A stretch of DNA of 64,000 nucleotides from Pseudomonadota bacterium (GTDB lineage: Bacteria; Pseudomonadota; Gammaproteobacteria; Ga0077536), in NCBI GenBank assembly GCA_018668255.1, contig JABISZ010000010.1:48724-112723 (forward strand), in the 5' to 3' direction. Below are positions 42,174 to 52,328 of this stretch, one piece after another; position 1 is the first letter of the stretch, and every line of letters starts with the position of its first letter. Below the pieces are notes generated by a model. It did not search any database and was not told the origin of the DNA. It saw nothing but the letters and a program-made list of their open reading frames with translations. The position numbers and the translations under genes are program-made.

Positions 42174-43079
42174 TCACGTGTACCTTTTTGAAACAGACTG
42201 GCCTGATTTTTCAGCACAAACAGTGACTAGAAGCACACCGGCTAGAACGACCGCTCCACCAATCAAGACGGAGCTGCTAATAGATTCTCCTAAAAAAATA
42301 AAGGCAAAAAGAACGCCAAAAACAGGAACGAAATTTATATATATGGCGGTTTCTACGACGCCTAGCAATGCAACAGCTTCGTAGTACCATAAAAAAGCCA
42401 AGGCGGAACCAAAAAAACCTAAAAATGAAATTAGCGCCACACTCTCCAGATCCGTAAATATATCAAAAGTAACACTTGGATTATGAAAGAAAAATGGCGT
42501 CATCAATGCAACGCCTATCACTGAGGCGTAAGTAGTGACCAACAGAGGCTTATAGCTCGTCAGCAAGTCTCGTCCAATCACCGAATAGACCGCCCAGGAC
42601 AGTCCCGAGAGCAGAACTAACACTTCACCTTTACCCACCTTGAGATCTAGAAAATCACTGGGGTGACCATTGGTAACAACATACATCGCTCCAAAAAATC
42701 CAAGTAACACTCCCACTACAATGTTCCACCTTGGCAATCTCCGGCTGAGAAAAGAATCAATCACAGTAATTTTAATAGCGATTAAAGCAAGTAAGATAGA
42801 CGCTGTCGATGCAGTCACGGACTCTAAACCTTCATACATCAGACTGTTATGCAACAGAATCCCAGTCAAGCCGAGAAAAAAGAACTTCACCCATAGTTTC
42901 ATAGGTATTGTCAGAAATTCTCCTCTGAATTTCATGAATACCAACAATACGGCTGATGCAATTATAAAACGTCCCCCTACTATGACAATTGGAGCCTCAT
43001 AACTAGCAAGAATGCGCCCTACTGTCGGAGTTGCTCCCCAGAAAGCGGCGGTTAAAAAAAGCTTGAAACGAATTGGCAT
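42174..43079 (-). CDS. DMT superfamily (EamA-like) transporter
   Basis: 301 aa with 10 predicted TM segments in two EamA repeats. Confidence 0.7.
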   Translation of the reverse strand: MPIRFKLFLTAAFWGATPTVGRILASYEAPIVIVGGRFIIASAVLLVFMKFRGEFLTIPMKLWVKFFFLGLTGILLHNSLMYEGLESVTASTASILLALIAIKITVIDSFLSRRLPRWNIVVGVLLGFFGAMYVVTNGHPSDFLDLKVGKGEVLVLLSGLSWAVYSVIGRDLLTSYKPLLVTTYASVIGVALMTPFFFHNPSVTFDIFTDLESVALISFLGFFGSALAFLWYYEAVALLGVVETAIYINFVPVFGVLFAFIFLGESISSSVLIGGAVVLAGVLLVTVCAEKSGQSVSKRYT

Positions 43080-43263
43080 TCGTAAACCTCATCCTTAATA
43101 GTCATATTCCTCTCAAAGGCAAACACGATAACTTAATGCCCTAACACGCTTGAGATGTTAACCTCATGAATAGATCAAAGCGACACCCAATACATCCAGC
43201 CATAAATGGGATTGCATCCTAAAAGAACCGCCGGTTGAAATCGAAACTTAAGGGGATAACTAA

Positions 43264-44067
43264 ATGATAAAAACAGCTTTTGTAACAGGAGGTGCCAGTG
43301 GCATAGGAGCCGCAACGTGTCGTCTATTTGTTGAAAGTGGATACCATGTCTATATTGGAGACATTCAAGAGAATGCTGGAATTGCACTTGCGAAAGAATT
43401 AAAAAATGCAGATTTCATCAACGTTAATATTCGGCGTGAAGAAGAGTTAGCGGCGGCCTTCACCACAATCAAAAAAAAATCTGAGCATTTGGATGTGATG
43501 GTCAACAACGCCGCAATTGTAGGAGTAATGGGTCCAATCACGACCTTGTCAGCAGAGCAGTACGATCTGTCACAAGAAATAATACAACGGAGTGTATTTC
43601 TCGGCACAAAACATGCAGCCAAGATGATGGTGGAAAAGAGCTCAGGCTCAATTATCAACGTAGCTAGCATAGCAGGGATTATGGCTGGCTATTCTCCCCA
43701 TACCTATGCCGCCTGTAAGGCCGCGGTAATACAGTTCACGAAATCAGTCGCTATTGAACTTGCCGAAGAAAATATTCGTGTGAATGCAGTTTGTCCAGGT
43801 GCGATCGCTACACCGATCCACACCGGAACAAACAGCGAAGTTTGGAAAGAAAGGATTAAAACTGTTAAACAAGCATCCACAGATGAACAGCCAATCCCTA
43901 GGATGGGAGAGCCGGAAGAGATTGCTGAAGCGATACTTTGGCTAGCCTCTGAAAAATCTAGTTATGTCACCGGCCATGCATTAGCAGTCGACGGCGGTGC
44001 CACCTCCGGAAAAATATGGCGCCATCAGCCTGATTTTTTAAGACAAATGCACCCGGCTAGGAGTTAG
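43264..44067 (+). CDS. SDR-family NAD(P)-dependent oxidoreductase
   Basis: 267 aa with TGGASGIG and a YAACK catalytic motif. Confidence 0.8.
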   Translation: MIKTAFVTGGASGIGAATCRLFVESGYHVYIGDIQENAGIALAKELKNADFINVNIRREEELAAAFTTIKKKSEHLDVMVNNAAIVGVMGPITTLSAEQYDLSQEIIQRSVFLGTKHAAKMMVEKSSGSIINVASIAGIMAGYSPHTYAACKAAVIQFTKSVAIELAEENIRVNAVCPGAIATPIHTGTNSEVWKERIKTVKQASTDEQPIPRMGEPEEIAEAILWLASEKSSYVTGHALAVDGGATSGKIWRHQPDFLRQMHPARS

Positions 44068-44071
44068 GACA

Positions 44072-44917
44072 ATGGTACGCTTTGGGATTTGCGTGTTACC
44101 TACGGATCTAATTCCTCCAGCAGTCGAGATAGCTCAAACAGTCGAGTCAAAAGGGCTAGATATGCTGTTTTTTGCCGAAAACAGTCACGTTCCTGTAGTA
44201 CATCGCAAGAATTCGTACCATCGACCAGAGATGGTTCAACCATTTGCCAGGATGCATGATTCAATAACTGCGCTAGCAGCTTGTGCCGCGGTTACCACTC
44301 GCATTCAGCTAGGCACGGGAGTCTGTCTTTTAACCGAGCGAGACCCGATCATAACCGCAAAATCTATAGCTACTCTAGATCACATTTCACAAGGCAGGGT
44401 AATTTTTGGAATTGCTGGCGGGTGGATCAAAGAAGCAATAGAGAATCATGGTTGCCCGTTCCGAGAAAGATGGGCAGTTGTTAGAGAGCGCGCATTGGCA
44501 ATTCGTGCTCTTTGGCAAACCGATCCAACTGAGTTCCATGGAGATTATGTCGATTTCAAACCGCTAACTATGATGCCAAAACCATTCCAGAAAGGGGGTC
44601 CACCTATTTATATAGGTTCAAATTCTAGCAAAGTTCCTGCAAGAGTGGTCGACTACGCAGACGGCTGGATGCCTATCTATGAAAAATATGAGGGCGATCC
44701 TCTAGTCGATATTAAAGCTGCATGCGAAAAAGCAGGCCGAGACCCATCTGAAATAACCACATTATTATTTGGAGCACCTAGGGATCAGCTTATACTTCAA
44801 GATTATGCAACACGAGGTTGCGCAGGCTTTATTTTCTTGATCCCACCTGAGCAAAGTGGAAACTTAATACCTATTTTAGACGAGATCAAAAAACTGCGAG
44901 ACGCCATTAATAAATGA
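44072..44917 (+). CDS. Luciferase-like monooxygenase (LLM) family oxidoreductase, ~280-aa subclass
   Basis: 281 aa with a TIM-barrel LLM signature. It is 4 nt downstream of the SDR gene. Confidence 0.7.
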   Translation: MVRFGICVLPTDLIPPAVEIAQTVESKGLDMLFFAENSHVPVVHRKNSYHRPEMVQPFARMHDSITALAACAAVTTRIQLGTGVCLLTERDPIITAKSIATLDHISQGRVIFGIAGGWIKEAIENHGCPFRERWAVVRERALAIRALWQTDPTEFHGDYVDFKPLTMMPKPFQKGGPPIYIGSNSSKVPARVVDYADGWMPIYEKYEGDPLVDIKAACEKAGRDPSEITTLLFGAPRDQLILQDYATRGCAGFIFLIPPEQSGNLIPILDEIKKLRDAINK

Positions 44918-44928
44918 AATAAGCCTCT

Positions 44929-45426
44929 CTATTGTTCTGCTGTGTCACTAAGCCAAGACCGGATACCATCTATCCCATTAAATGCCCAAGAATGGGCACG
45001 ATTCCAATTCATCACAATCATGGTAGGAGTGCCTTTGAAAAGTGGGATAGAGCGATACTGAGGATACTTCTCTCTAAGCCTATCAACTGCCTCACACCAG
45101 TCACCGTGAGAGCTCGTGCACACCCCTGCCCTCACATCCAACCGCAACCACCAGAGTTTGGACCAGTCTTTCTGATAAGAGTCCAAAAGAAGCGTTGACT
45201 CTGGGGTTTTACCGACATGCCTCAAACGTTCAAGATCCGCCGTTTTCTTTGGCTTTCCATCAATGGGTGAAAAAATCTGATTCCCGACCCTCGAAAAGAC
45301 AATCGGCATAGCCTCAGCTCTCCCATCGGATCGCGTGACCGCAAATCGAGCAACAGGCATTTTATCTAGTAACTGGTGAACGAGGCTATCAGATAAATTC
45401 ATATATCTCATCTCTTTAGAAAGCAT
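44929..45426 (-). CDS. Pyridoxamine 5'-phosphate oxidase (PPOX)-like flavin-binding family protein
   Basis: 165 aa with a split-barrel FMN-binding fold pattern. Weak assignment. Confidence 0.45.
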   Translation of the reverse strand: MLSKEMRYMNLSDSLVHQLLDKMPVARFAVTRSDGRAEAMPIVFSRVGNQIFSPIDGKPKKTADLERLRHVGKTPESTLLLDSYQKDWSKLWWLRLDVRAGVCTSSHGDWCEAVDRLREKYPQYRSIPLFKGTPTMIVMNWNRAHSWAFNGIDGIRSWLSDTAEQ

Positions 45427-45565
45427 TCGAGGGCCGCAGATAATCCTGTCCGAACTGTCGCCCTCTCAATTAATTTAGTAAAATAACGCATATGGGTTAT
45501 CACAGGTCCCGATGCCTTAGATAATGCCGCATAATAAACCATACTATATACTTTAAGGAGCTAGC

Positions 45566-46945
45566 ATGATCCAACAATTTCGTCGCTTTGGTGCAGGACT
45601 GTCAGATGTAACAGAACGATGGGTACCCGACGCTTGGGTGATCTCGATGATGCTTACAGCAGTGGCAATTTTACTTTGTATCTTTGGAGCAGGTGCAACC
45701 GTAGAAGAAACTGTCCTTGCTTGGGGAGATGGAGTCTGGAGCCTCTTGGGACTGGCAATGCAGTTCACCATCGCTATGGTAGCGGCGCATGCATGTGCCG
45801 CATCGCCCCCTATTTACCGTTTTTTCAATTGGCTAGCATCGCTTCCAAACCCATCCAAACCCGTTCAAGCTCTTGTTCTGGCTGGTATGTTTTCTCTTGT
45901 AATGGGTTACCTTAACTGGGCCGTATGCCTGGTTTCTTGTGCGCTATTTACCCCATTTATACTCCGTCGTAATCCGAACGTAGATGTGCGACTCCTTATA
46001 TGCGCCTCCTATTTAGGGATAGGTACAGTTTGGCATGGTGGCCTATCCGGCTCTGCTCCTTTGATTTTAGCTACGCCGGGTAACCCGCTAATAAATCCAT
46101 CAAGCGGAGCACCTATTGTAGATCGGTTGTACCCTGTGACTGAAACCCTCTACAACAATTTCAATCTTGTTTTTATCTGCATCCTTGGCGCAGTAGCTCT
46201 AGCTACCACTTGCTTACTGCATCCTCGTTCAGGCGCTCGCACGCTTAGTGCAGAAGAAATAGAAAAAATCCTACCCACTCCACCTAAAGAAGATGGTCCT
46301 CCTAGGACTCCTGCTGAATACATCGATCAATTCAGAGGTTGGGTATTACTTGCGGTGGTCTTATTAGCCTATCCACTCGGTTATTCGATAGTGACTAAAG
46401 GTTTCGGCACTAGCTGGACTATAAACGCATATAACATCACATTCCTAGTCATCGCATTATTATTGCACGGTAGAGCACCATCTTTTCTGCGAGCTTGTCG
46501 CAACGGTGTCGACAGCGCCTGGGGTATTGTGGTGCAGTTCCCTTTCTACGCCGGCATTTTTGGGTTAATGCAGAACACTGATCTTGGTGAGTGGCTTGGA
46601 AGCTTTTTCTCGAACATCGCCACAACAGCAACTTATCCATGGGTCGTCTACGTATACTCTGGACTCATGAATTTGTTTGTCCCTTCTGCTGGCTCTAAAT
46701 GGATGATTGAAGCCCCTTTCCTGATACCGGCAGGCGAGCTTCTTAATGTTTCTGTTGTCACAACTACGCTCGCTTATGCCTACGGGGATTCTGTTACTAA
46801 TCTCATACAACCCTTTTTTGCTATTCCAATATTAGCGGTAACTCGGATGCGATTTGGTGACGTTGTAGGGTATACATTTTTGGTTGCTGTTGTGTGCTTC
46901 ATGGTAACTTCCGTAGCCATGTTTATGATCCCTCCACAGTGGTAG
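45566..46945 (+). CDS. Short-chain fatty acid transporter (AtoE family)
   Basis: 459 aa polytopic membrane protein with an AtoE-like N-terminus (FRRFGAGLSDVTERWVPDAWV). Confidence 0.65.
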   Translation: MIQQFRRFGAGLSDVTERWVPDAWVISMMLTAVAILLCIFGAGATVEETVLAWGDGVWSLLGLAMQFTIAMVAAHACAASPPIYRFFNWLASLPNPSKPVQALVLAGMFSLVMGYLNWAVCLVSCALFTPFILRRNPNVDVRLLICASYLGIGTVWHGGLSGSAPLILATPGNPLINPSSGAPIVDRLYPVTETLYNNFNLVFICILGAVALATTCLLHPRSGARTLSAEEIEKILPTPPKEDGPPRTPAEYIDQFRGWVLLAVVLLAYPLGYSIVTKGFGTSWTINAYNITFLVIALLLHGRAPSFLRACRNGVDSAWGIVVQFPFYAGIFGLMQNTDLGEWLGSFFSNIATTATYPWVVYVYSGLMNLFVPSAGSKWMIEAPFLIPAGELLNVSVVTTTLAYAYGDSVTNLIQPFFAIPILAVTRMRFGDVVGYTFLVAVVCFMVTSVAMFMIPPQW

Positions 46946-47031
46946 AATTTCTCAAGTGCAAACTCTTTTGTAATTATCTGTTTGCACCATAATCTAAAGC
47001 TATACAGGAAAAATCTAAGAGGACTGATGAT

Positions 47032-47805
47032 ATGTTGATAGTGATTTCTCCAGCGAAGACACTTGATTATGACTCTCCTTTGTCATTCAAGAAATCGACT
47101 TCTGCTCATTTTCATGGTTATAGTGACAAGCTGATAGAAATACTCAAAAAGAAATCAGCCTCACAGATCAGTCATTTAATGAAGATAAGCGACAATCTTG
47201 GAGAGCTCAACTACCGTCGATATCATTCATGGAGCTCTACGCCTGGCCCAGAAAAGACTAGACAAGCAGTCTTAGCTTTTATGGGCGATGTATATTCAGG
47301 ATTAGATGCTAAGTCGCTTAGTGAAAAGAACATAGTGTTCGCACAAGAGCATTTGCGTATCCTATCTGGGCTTTACGGAATACTCAGACCTTTAGATTCT
47401 ATGCAACCACATCGCTTAGAAATGGGCACTCACCTCGAGACGCCTAACGGAAAAAATTTATATCAATTCTGGACGGAGAAACTAACGCTCACTCTCAATG
47501 AGCAAGCAAAACTGCTAAAAACCAAATACCTAGTCAACCTTGCCTCTAACGAATACTTTAAAGTAATAGACAAGAAACGACTAGAGCCAGTCATTATCGC
47601 CCCAGTATTCAAGGACCGAAAAAATGGAAATTATAAAATAATTAGCTTCTATGCAAAAAGAGCACGCGGTCTCATGGCTCGGTATATAATTCAAAATCAG
47701 ATACAAAAGCCGGAAGAGCTTAAAGGCTTTTGCTCTGAAGGCTATGTTTATAACGAAATCCTGTCTAATACAGGTGATTTAGTCTTTACTCGAGAAGAGC
47801 GTTAA
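47032..47805 (+). CDS. yaaA: Peroxide stress protein YaaA (UPF0246)
   Basis: 257 aa with MLIVISPAKTLDY. Confidence 0.85.
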   Translation: MLIVISPAKTLDYDSPLSFKKSTSAHFHGYSDKLIEILKKKSASQISHLMKISDNLGELNYRRYHSWSSTPGPEKTRQAVLAFMGDVYSGLDAKSLSEKNIVFAQEHLRILSGLYGILRPLDSMQPHRLEMGTHLETPNGKNLYQFWTEKLTLTLNEQAKLLKTKYLVNLASNEYFKVIDKKRLEPVIIAPVFKDRKNGNYKIISFYAKRARGLMARYIIQNQIQKPEELKGFCSEGYVYNEILSNTGDLVFTREER

Positions 47806-47853
47806 ATAAAAAACATCACGGCCTTAAGTTTAATGATAAACAGGAGAACCTAA

Positions 47854-48423
47854 ATGGGGAAAATCGCTTTACTCGCCTACTTATTAGTACTAATCAGTCC
47901 GCTTTCTGCGAACGAAAAAACTGACCGTGTGCGTTTGGAGACAACTAAAGGTGACATTGAAATAATACTTTTCACAAATAAAGCACCTATATCTGTTAAA
48001 AACTTCAAAGCCTATGTCCAGTCTGAATTTTATGATGAGACTGTTTTCCACAGAGTCATTCCTGATTTTATGATTCAAGGAGGTGGCTTTGAATCTGATC
48101 TCACTTTCAAAAAGACAGACAAGCCCATAATCAACGAGGCAGACAATGGTCTAGCCAATCAACGTGGAACTCTTGCGATGGCCAGGACCAGTAACCCACA
48201 CAGTGCTACTGGGCAATTCTTTATTAACCTGAAAGACAATACTTTCTTAAATCATACGGCCAAGAACTCTAGAGGCTGGGGATATGCGGTATTCGGACGC
48301 GTGACAAAAGGTATTGATGTCGTGGATGCGATCGCTGCGGCAAAAACAACAACTAAGAATGGAATGGAAAATGTACCTGTAGAACAGATTATTATCAGTA
48401 AAGCATATCTTTTAACCGACTAA
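47854..48423 (+). CDS. ppiA: Periplasmic peptidyl-prolyl cis-trans isomerase A (cyclophilin)
   Basis: 189 aa with a signal peptide and cyclophilin motifs (FHRVIPDFMIQGGG). Confidence 0.85.
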   Translation: MGKIALLAYLLVLISPLSANEKTDRVRLETTKGDIEIILFTNKAPISVKNFKAYVQSEFYDETVFHRVIPDFMIQGGGFESDLTFKKTDKPIINEADNGLANQRGTLAMARTSNPHSATGQFFINLKDNTFLNHTAKNSRGWGYAVFGRVTKGIDVVDAIAAAKTTTKNGMENVPVEQIIISKAYLLTD

Positions 48424-48454
48424 ATCACACCCATGAACTTAAGGAAGCCCCGAA

Positions 48455-48748
48455 ATGCCCTACGTTATTTTGACTCATGATAAGCCTGATAGCTTGGATC
48501 TTCGATTAGCGACCCGAGCCTCCCATCTGGAGTATTTAAGGCCCTTTAAGGATCAAGTATTAGCTGGAGGTGCATTCCTCACAGAAGATGGATCTCTCGC
48601 AGGCGGTGCGATGATTGTTTTCAATACAGAGAAACTCAGTGAGGCGGAAGAGTTGATCAAGAACGATCCGTACACTAAAGCCGGCTTATTCAGTCACGTC
48701 GAAGTAAAACGATGGAAAAAAGTATTTTTTGATGGACATGAAACTTAA
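48455..48748 (+). CDS. YciI-family protein
   Basis: 97 aa with a YciI-like fold pattern. Confidence 0.7.
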   Translation: MPYVILTHDKPDSLDLRLATRASHLEYLRPFKDQVLAGGAFLTEDGSLAGGAMIVFNTEKLSEAEELIKNDPYTKAGLFSHVEVKRWKKVFFDGHET

Positions 48749-48824
48749 TAATTACTAGAGACCCACCTTGGTTTGACCTTTCACCGTCCGGTATTGCTCT
48801 AACGCCTTCTAATGAGAAAATGAT

Positions 48825-50726
48825 ATGTCGCTTCTTACTTTCCACGGGGTCAACCTTGCTTTTGGTGATCAAATCATTTTTCGCGAGGCCAACTTCGTGC
48901 TTGAGCCCAATGAAAGAGTCTGTATCATCGGCCGCAACGGTGCAGGTAAGTCCACGCTGTTCCGCCTAATCGCCGGAGGTCAAGAGCTTGACTCAGGCGA
49001 AATAAGAAAGCGTGACAATCTTAAAATTGCACAACTAGACCAAACGCTTCCTATGCAAACAAATATCAGCGTCTTTGACTTTGTAGCAGAAGGACTGCAG
49101 GAACAAAAAATTCTGTTGAAAAGATATGAATCTCTGACCAGTCGAGAGATGAGTACTGAAGGGATGCGCGAACTCGATGACCTACAGCGTCAATTAGATG
49201 CCCATGGTGGCTGGGATATCAATAATCAAGTCGACAGTATAATTGACCAGCTCGAGCTCCCTGCCAACAAAACACTTAGTGAGCTTTCCGGTGGGTGGAG
49301 AAGAAGAGTAGCTTTGGCTCGCACGCTTGTGAGTAAGCCCGATGTTTTATTGCTTGACGAGCCCACAAACCACTTGGACCTTGAAGCCATTGAATGGTTG
49401 GAAATTCGAATTAAAGCTTATACTGGAAGTGTCATATTCATCACGCATGACCGTTCATTTCTGAGATCTTTAGCAACGCGCATTGTAGATATTGATCGGG
49501 GACAACTGAAAAGCTGGCCTGGAGACTACGCTCAGTATGTAAAACACAAAGAACAAAGTTTAGACGAAGAAGATCGTCAAAACTCACTCTTCGATAAAAA
49601 GCTTGAGGAAGAGGAGAAATGGATTAGACAGGGAGTTAAAGCCCGAAGAACGAGGAATGAAGGGAGAGTGCGTGCTCTCGAGAAACTTAGAAAAGAGTAT
49701 ACCGAGCGTGTCAAACGTGAAGGGAAAGCTCGAATAATTCTCCAAGACTCTGAAAAATCTAGTAGACGGGTCCTGCAAGGTAAAAATCTACACTACTCAT
49801 ATGGCGATCTGAAAATAATTGATGCCCTATCGCTGAAAATTATGCGTGGAGACAGAGTCGGACTCATAGGAAATAACGGTGTAGGAAAAAGCACGCTAAT
49901 AAAGATATTGCTTGGAGAACTTGAGCCCCAAGTAGGGACTCTAAAGAGAGGAGAGAATCTTAAAATAGGCTACTTTGATCAATTAAGACAAAAGCTTGAC
50001 CCTAAGTTGAACGTCGTCGATATTGTCGGAGAAGGTAAGGAGCACATCATAGTCAATGGAAAAGAACGGCATGTGATCGGTTATTTAAAAGGTTTTCTGT
50101 TTTCTCCTAAAAGAGCTTTGACCCCCGTAGGATACTTATCAGGAGGCGAGTGTAACCGTGTGATACTAGCGAAACTCCTGTCTAGAGCAACTAATCTCCT
50201 CGTCTTAGACGAACCTACTAATGATCTCGACGTAGAAACTCTGGAGGTTCTCGAACAACAACTAATAGACTACGAAGGAACTCTTATTGTTGTCAGCCAT
50301 GACCGCGTCTTCTTAGACAATGTTGTAACAAGCACCTTAGTTTTCGAGTCCACCGGAGAATTGCGAAGCTATCCTGGAGGTTACTCAGACTGGTATGGTA
50401 AAGGGAAGAAACTAGCGGCTACAGACACTATTTCCATTACGAAATTTTCTAGACCGACTACCGACGAAAACTCTGTTGTCAGGCAAAAAACAATCCTTTC
50501 AAAAAAGAAACTTAGCTTTAACTTACAACGAGAATTAGAGCAACTCCCCGAAACAATCGAGTCTCTAGAAAAATCAATCTCGAATTTGGAGAATAAAGTT
50601 GCATCCCCAGACTTTTATACCCAAGCATACGAGGCAGTAGAACCTACCCTTAAAGAGCTCGAAAAACACAAGTTAGATTTAGAAACAGCAACTGGCCGAT
50701 GGCTAGAGCTGGAGGCAAGCTCGTGA
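48825..50726 (+). CDS. uup: ABC-F family ATPase (Uup-like)
   Basis: 633 aa with two ABC cassettes (GRNGAGKST; GNNGVGKST) and a C-terminal coiled-coil tail. Confidence 0.85.
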   Translation: MSLLTFHGVNLAFGDQIIFREANFVLEPNERVCIIGRNGAGKSTLFRLIAGGQELDSGEIRKRDNLKIAQLDQTLPMQTNISVFDFVAEGLQEQKILLKRYESLTSREMSTEGMRELDDLQRQLDAHGGWDINNQVDSIIDQLELPANKTLSELSGGWRRRVALARTLVSKPDVLLLDEPTNHLDLEAIEWLEIRIKAYTGSVIFITHDRSFLRSLATRIVDIDRGQLKSWPGDYAQYVKHKEQSLDEEDRQNSLFDKKLEEEEKWIRQGVKARRTRNEGRVRALEKLRKEYTERVKREGKARIILQDSEKSSRRVLQGKNLHYSYGDLKIIDALSLKIMRGDRVGLIGNNGVGKSTLIKILLGELEPQVGTLKRGENLKIGYFDQLRQKLDPKLNVVDIVGEGKEHIIVNGKERHVIGYLKGFLFSPKRALTPVGYLSGGECNRVILAKLLSRATNLLVLDEPTNDLDVETLEVLEQQLIDYEGTLIVVSHDRVFLDNVVTSTLVFESTGELRSYPGGYSDWYGKGKKLAATDTISITKFSRPTTDENSVVRQKTILSKKKLSFNLQRELEQLPETIESLEKSISNLENKVASPDFYTQAYEAVEPTLKELEKHKLDLETATGRWLELEASS

Positions 50727-50742
50727 CTATAGGTATCCTAAA

Positions 50743-52122
50743 TTATGTCCCTAATCGACGCAATGCAGCCTTAGTCAGAAATTCATCATAGATCCTAAGA
50801 TCCTGATTGACAGACCATTTCCAACCACCGGCGATTTCTGCAACCTGTTTTAGGCGCGTCATATGGTTACTTTGTACATTATGGGCATGAACATGGGTCC
50901 AGGACCAATACGGGTTAGCCCCATCCATAATTTTTTCCCCCTTGTTCTCATAAACAGAAAATGCACCATCAAATGATTTAAACATCTCTCCTTTTCTATC
51001 ATAAGTGACCATACAAAGAGGCAGACTCGTCCGAGCATCGAACCATACTCTCTTTTTACTGATAGGAGCGCGAGGATACCCCGTGGGCTCTGCCTCACAG
51101 ATGATAACTTCTGGGACGAGCTCAACTTTTGTATCCCAAAACGTATCACCTTTGGGGCCACCATGTGTCTTACCTTCCCAGTTAGGGTCGCTGGAATCCC
51201 AATTTTCAGTCAAACCAGCTAAAAATGGTCCACGCGCGATTACCTTAAAATTACCCCAGGTGAGATATGGGTCTCCTGCTGCCCAGACGTCAGAAAAATA
51301 CAAATTAGACCCTGGCAGTAGAGGTTCAAATCTTTGACTAGTCGGAAATTTCCGAACTCTTTTGAACTGTGGGAGGTATCCATATAACTTAGGGAACTTC
51401 CTTTGGTCGTAGTCCCAAATGTTAAGAAAAGAGGTCCCTTTGTAATCTTGAGGTACCGTAAAAAGAACTGACTGGTAGCGCAGTTTATCTTCGTGTCCCG
51501 GCCAATATGGCATCGGCTCGACACTAATCCTTCCCGTAGGCGCAAATTCACACCAAACCAACTCATATTTATAGCCAATATGTCCATCAGAATTCTGTTC
51601 GAAGGTCTTAACCGGATAGAAAGAGACATCATGCCTACCCCACGTTAAGGTAACTGCCGCAAATAACTCCATCGCAGTTGTAGGTTCAGGAAAAGGATTT
51701 CCCCCTACCCAAGGCTGGTCACCATTTACCACAACATTTCCATCGGCATTAAACGATGCCATTCCTTTATGCCGCATGGTCGCTTCGACATATTCAACAG
51801 GACTGAGCTTGGTTATGTCCGTTGTCGCCTTCACTAATTCTAACTTCCTCCCTTGCTGTTTTATTTGCATGAAGCGGACCGGATCCAAAAGGTCCTGAAC
51901 AGTGTCTACGTTATTAGCATCGATAGTATCCCCGGGCTTCAGTCTTCCACGTGTATATTCCTCAATAGACAATAGCTCTTCAGGATATGATGCCGAAAAA
52001 TCGCCATTCTCTGCAGCAGACGACCAAACTGGCGAAAGCACGCCTGCTCCAAGCACACTTTTTGCTGTCTTCTCTATAAACTTTCGTCGACTATAGTCTG
52101 GCGTATATTTCCTGATGTGCAT
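50743..52122 (-). CDS. DUF1329-family periplasmic protein with a Tat-type signal peptide
   Basis: 459 aa. N-terminal SRRKFIEK twin-arginine motif. An internal block GGNPFPEP...W resembles the DUF1329 core. Confidence 0.5.
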   Translation of the reverse strand: MHIRKYTPDYSRRKFIEKTAKSVLGAGVLSPVWSSAAENGDFSASYPEELLSIEEYTRGRLKPGDTIDANNVDTVQDLLDPVRFMQIKQQGRKLELVKATTDITKLSPVEYVEATMRHKGMASFNADGNVVVNGDQPWVGGNPFPEPTTAMELFAAVTLTWGRHDVSFYPVKTFEQNSDGHIGYKYELVWCEFAPTGRISVEPMPYWPGHEDKLRYQSVLFTVPQDYKGTSFLNIWDYDQRKFPKLYGYLPQFKRVRKFPTSQRFEPLLPGSNLYFSDVWAAGDPYLTWGNFKVIARGPFLAGLTENWDSSDPNWEGKTHGGPKGDTFWDTKVELVPEVIICEAEPTGYPRAPISKKRVWFDARTSLPLCMVTYDRKGEMFKSFDGAFSVYENKGEKIMDGANPYWSWTHVHAHNVQSNHMTRLKQVAEIAGGWKWSVNQDLRIYDEFLTKAALRRLGT

Positions 52123-52328
52123 GTGGAAGTTCCCCTTGGTCTCATGAAGTTACAGTAACGTCCAGAAAGTTGTTCTGTAGAAAGTAGGTACGTAGCAATA
52201 CAACAGCTAGATCAAAACACAAAATTAGCACAGATAAAACAAACGTTCTATCTCTAATCTCGACTTAGACAGAAAGTGTTTATCGAGCTAGGAATAACCT
52301 TACTTGACTGAGTGGCGGCATCAGACGA

